Assembly: GCF_964204645.1 (NCBI RefSeq)
Contig: NC_134027.1
Span: 9,890,485-9,954,484 of the forward strand
From: Tubulanus polymorphus
Lineage: Eukaryota > Animalia > Nemertea
DNA: 64,000 nt
Direction of reading: 5' to 3'
In this document: positions 62,547 through 64,000 of the stretch, piece after piece
Layout of the letters: every line of letters begins with the position of its first letter
How positions within the stretch are numbered: position 1 is the first letter of the stretch
Translations under genes and position numbers: made by a program
Notes under the pieces: model-generated
The model's database searches: none
Told to the model about the DNA's origin: nothing
The model's input: only the letters and a program-made list of their open reading frames with translations

Positions 62547-62614
<68 letters not shown>
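62547..62614. repeat. (TA)n microsatellite
   Basis: Directly visible. Confidence 0.95.
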
Positions 62615-62626
<12 letters not shown>

Positions 62627-63036
62627 TTTTATATGGTAATGTTTCTTGTTTATGTGAAGGTAATTCTTCCATGAGATCAAAGTGCAGACGTACCAACCGT
62701 AAATGAAATATGTAGCTGCCGTTTACGAAACGTTTATCAGCGACGCAAGAGCGGCAAATGCGTTTATATTTAACGCTTTCATTTTGGTCCGCTACCTGTG
62801 AAGAAATCGTAGACGATTTTACGATCTGTTTGCGATATTAACCTGGGTGTTTTTTTAAACAGACAGTTTGATACAGGAACTGATGTAACGAAATGTCGAT
62901 TTCACTATCACATTATTCATTAGCCCTTGGATAATGTGTTTCAGTGAAATAACTTCTGAGAGAACTTAAATTGAATGAAAGAGTCATTTCCAGTCCAAAA
63001 TAACATAGGCCTATATATGCATACTTGCAAGTTAGC

Positions 63037-63179
63037 AATAATAATAATTGACATTTGTATAGCGCAGGCAATGAGGATAAGTGTCTTGACCGCAGACACT
63101 ACGGTTAAGTACGGGGCTGAACTCACGGCCTGGCTTCCCAAAGTCGAACGCTCTTACCACTTGCCCACACCGCTCGCTC
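63037..63179 (-). mobile_element. Internally deleted copy of the same SINE
   Basis: Shares head (acaccgctcgctc), core (ggcaatgaggataagtgtcttg) and tail (aattgacattt.tatagcgcagg) with 58605-58945, but lacks the central part. Confidence 0.7.
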
Positions 63180-63316
63180 AAGTTACTCACGGATACAGTG
63201 AACTTACTTCTGAGAACTTAAATAGAATGAAAGAGTTCTCATTTCCAGTCTAAAATAACTTGCAAGTTACTCATGGGTACAGTCGCCTTGTCAACAGTAA
63301 TTTGGTTTGTTTTCAG

Positions 63317-63420
63317 ATAAATGATGCAATGGGTAACGAATGGCCGTGGATATACTTTATAAGCCTTATTATTATCGGATCGTTTTTTGTGTTGAACCTT
63401 GTACTTGGTGTTTTGAGTGG
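63317..63420 (+). CDS. Cav1 exon 8, IS6 ([35 protein letters not shown]); gene continues beyond the window
   Basis: Canonical IS6 WPWIYF...[22 protein letters not shown] and GG|GTAAGT sites. Confidence 0.97.
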
Positions 63421-64000
63421 GTAAGTATGATTTGATTTTAAGACGAAAAATTACTACCAGCTTAGAATGAACTCTTTGCCATTAGTCCAAAGATCGTTCG
63501 TTTGGCTATGACAAAGTGAAAACTAGTTCTGAGAAAAAGATTACTAGTTCCGAATTGGTCGATGAACAATGAGAATGAAACAATTTGTTTCCACTGGCAT
63601 GGAGAATGATGAAAAACCTGAAGTTAGATTCATAGAAGAACCGTGTTCACCTGGGCCTGGTTTCATAGAGTATCAAAGTTATCCCTAGGGGTAAATCTTC
63701 AATCTGGGCAACAACCACCATAGTAACAATGAGAAACCATGGTTATAACTGACAAATTTCAAAATATTCACAGGGACTATTTTTCTTCCACATCTATGAA
63801 ACCCAGCCCTGGTGTAGCATAAGTAAAATGAGGTGGAAATTATTAGATTATAGGTAGACTTGTTCATTTGAAGTACGTGAGCTTTCGCAACTTCTGTATC
63901 ATTCACCTGATGAAGCTACTATACATTTATAGTAGCAAAAGCTCTTGTACTTCAAATAAACAAGTTAACCTATAAAGTACTATCTGTCTCGTTTTACTTA

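Noticed and set aside
60701-63316. Possible mutually exclusive duplicate of exon 8 (as in vertebrate 8/8a)
   Set aside because: No second IS6-like exon was found by eye upstream of 63317 or in the 580 nt after it. One could still lie beyond the window.

Overview
AT-rich eukaryotic DNA, probably from an invertebrate animal (the taxon cannot be fixed from sequence alone). Two spliced genes are arranged head-to-head. On the minus strand is Dcp1 (mRNA decapping activator): 7 coding exons from ATG 25385 down to 134, continuing off the left edge, with a ~19 kb intron 2. On the plus strand is a Cav1/L-type voltage-gated Ca2+ channel alpha-1 gene: exons 1-8 from ATG 28520 to 63420, covering the N-terminus with an NSCaTE motif and all of domain I, continuing off the right edge. 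Cav1 intron 2 is a U12-type AT-AC intron. Cav1 intron 3 (~23.6 kb) holds an intact, very recent BEL/Pao LTR retrotransposon (identical 176-bp LTRs, 5-bp TSD, tRNA-His PBS, 1789-aa ORF) and a nested Harbinger derivative with a MADF/Myb relic. The window also has many MITE copies, two tRNA-type SINEs, foldbacks (one with hammerhead-like cores), microsatellites and decayed LINE- and Crypton-like relics. The strongest system-level observation is the Dcp1-Cav1 divergent pair, which mirrors vertebrate DCP1A-CACNA1D and DCP1B-CACNA1C. It comes with candidate Cav1 upstream exons inside the large Dcp1 intron, an NSCaTE/Met2 switch and a candidate Dcp1 poison micro-exon. Most short ORFs in the supplied track are spurious.
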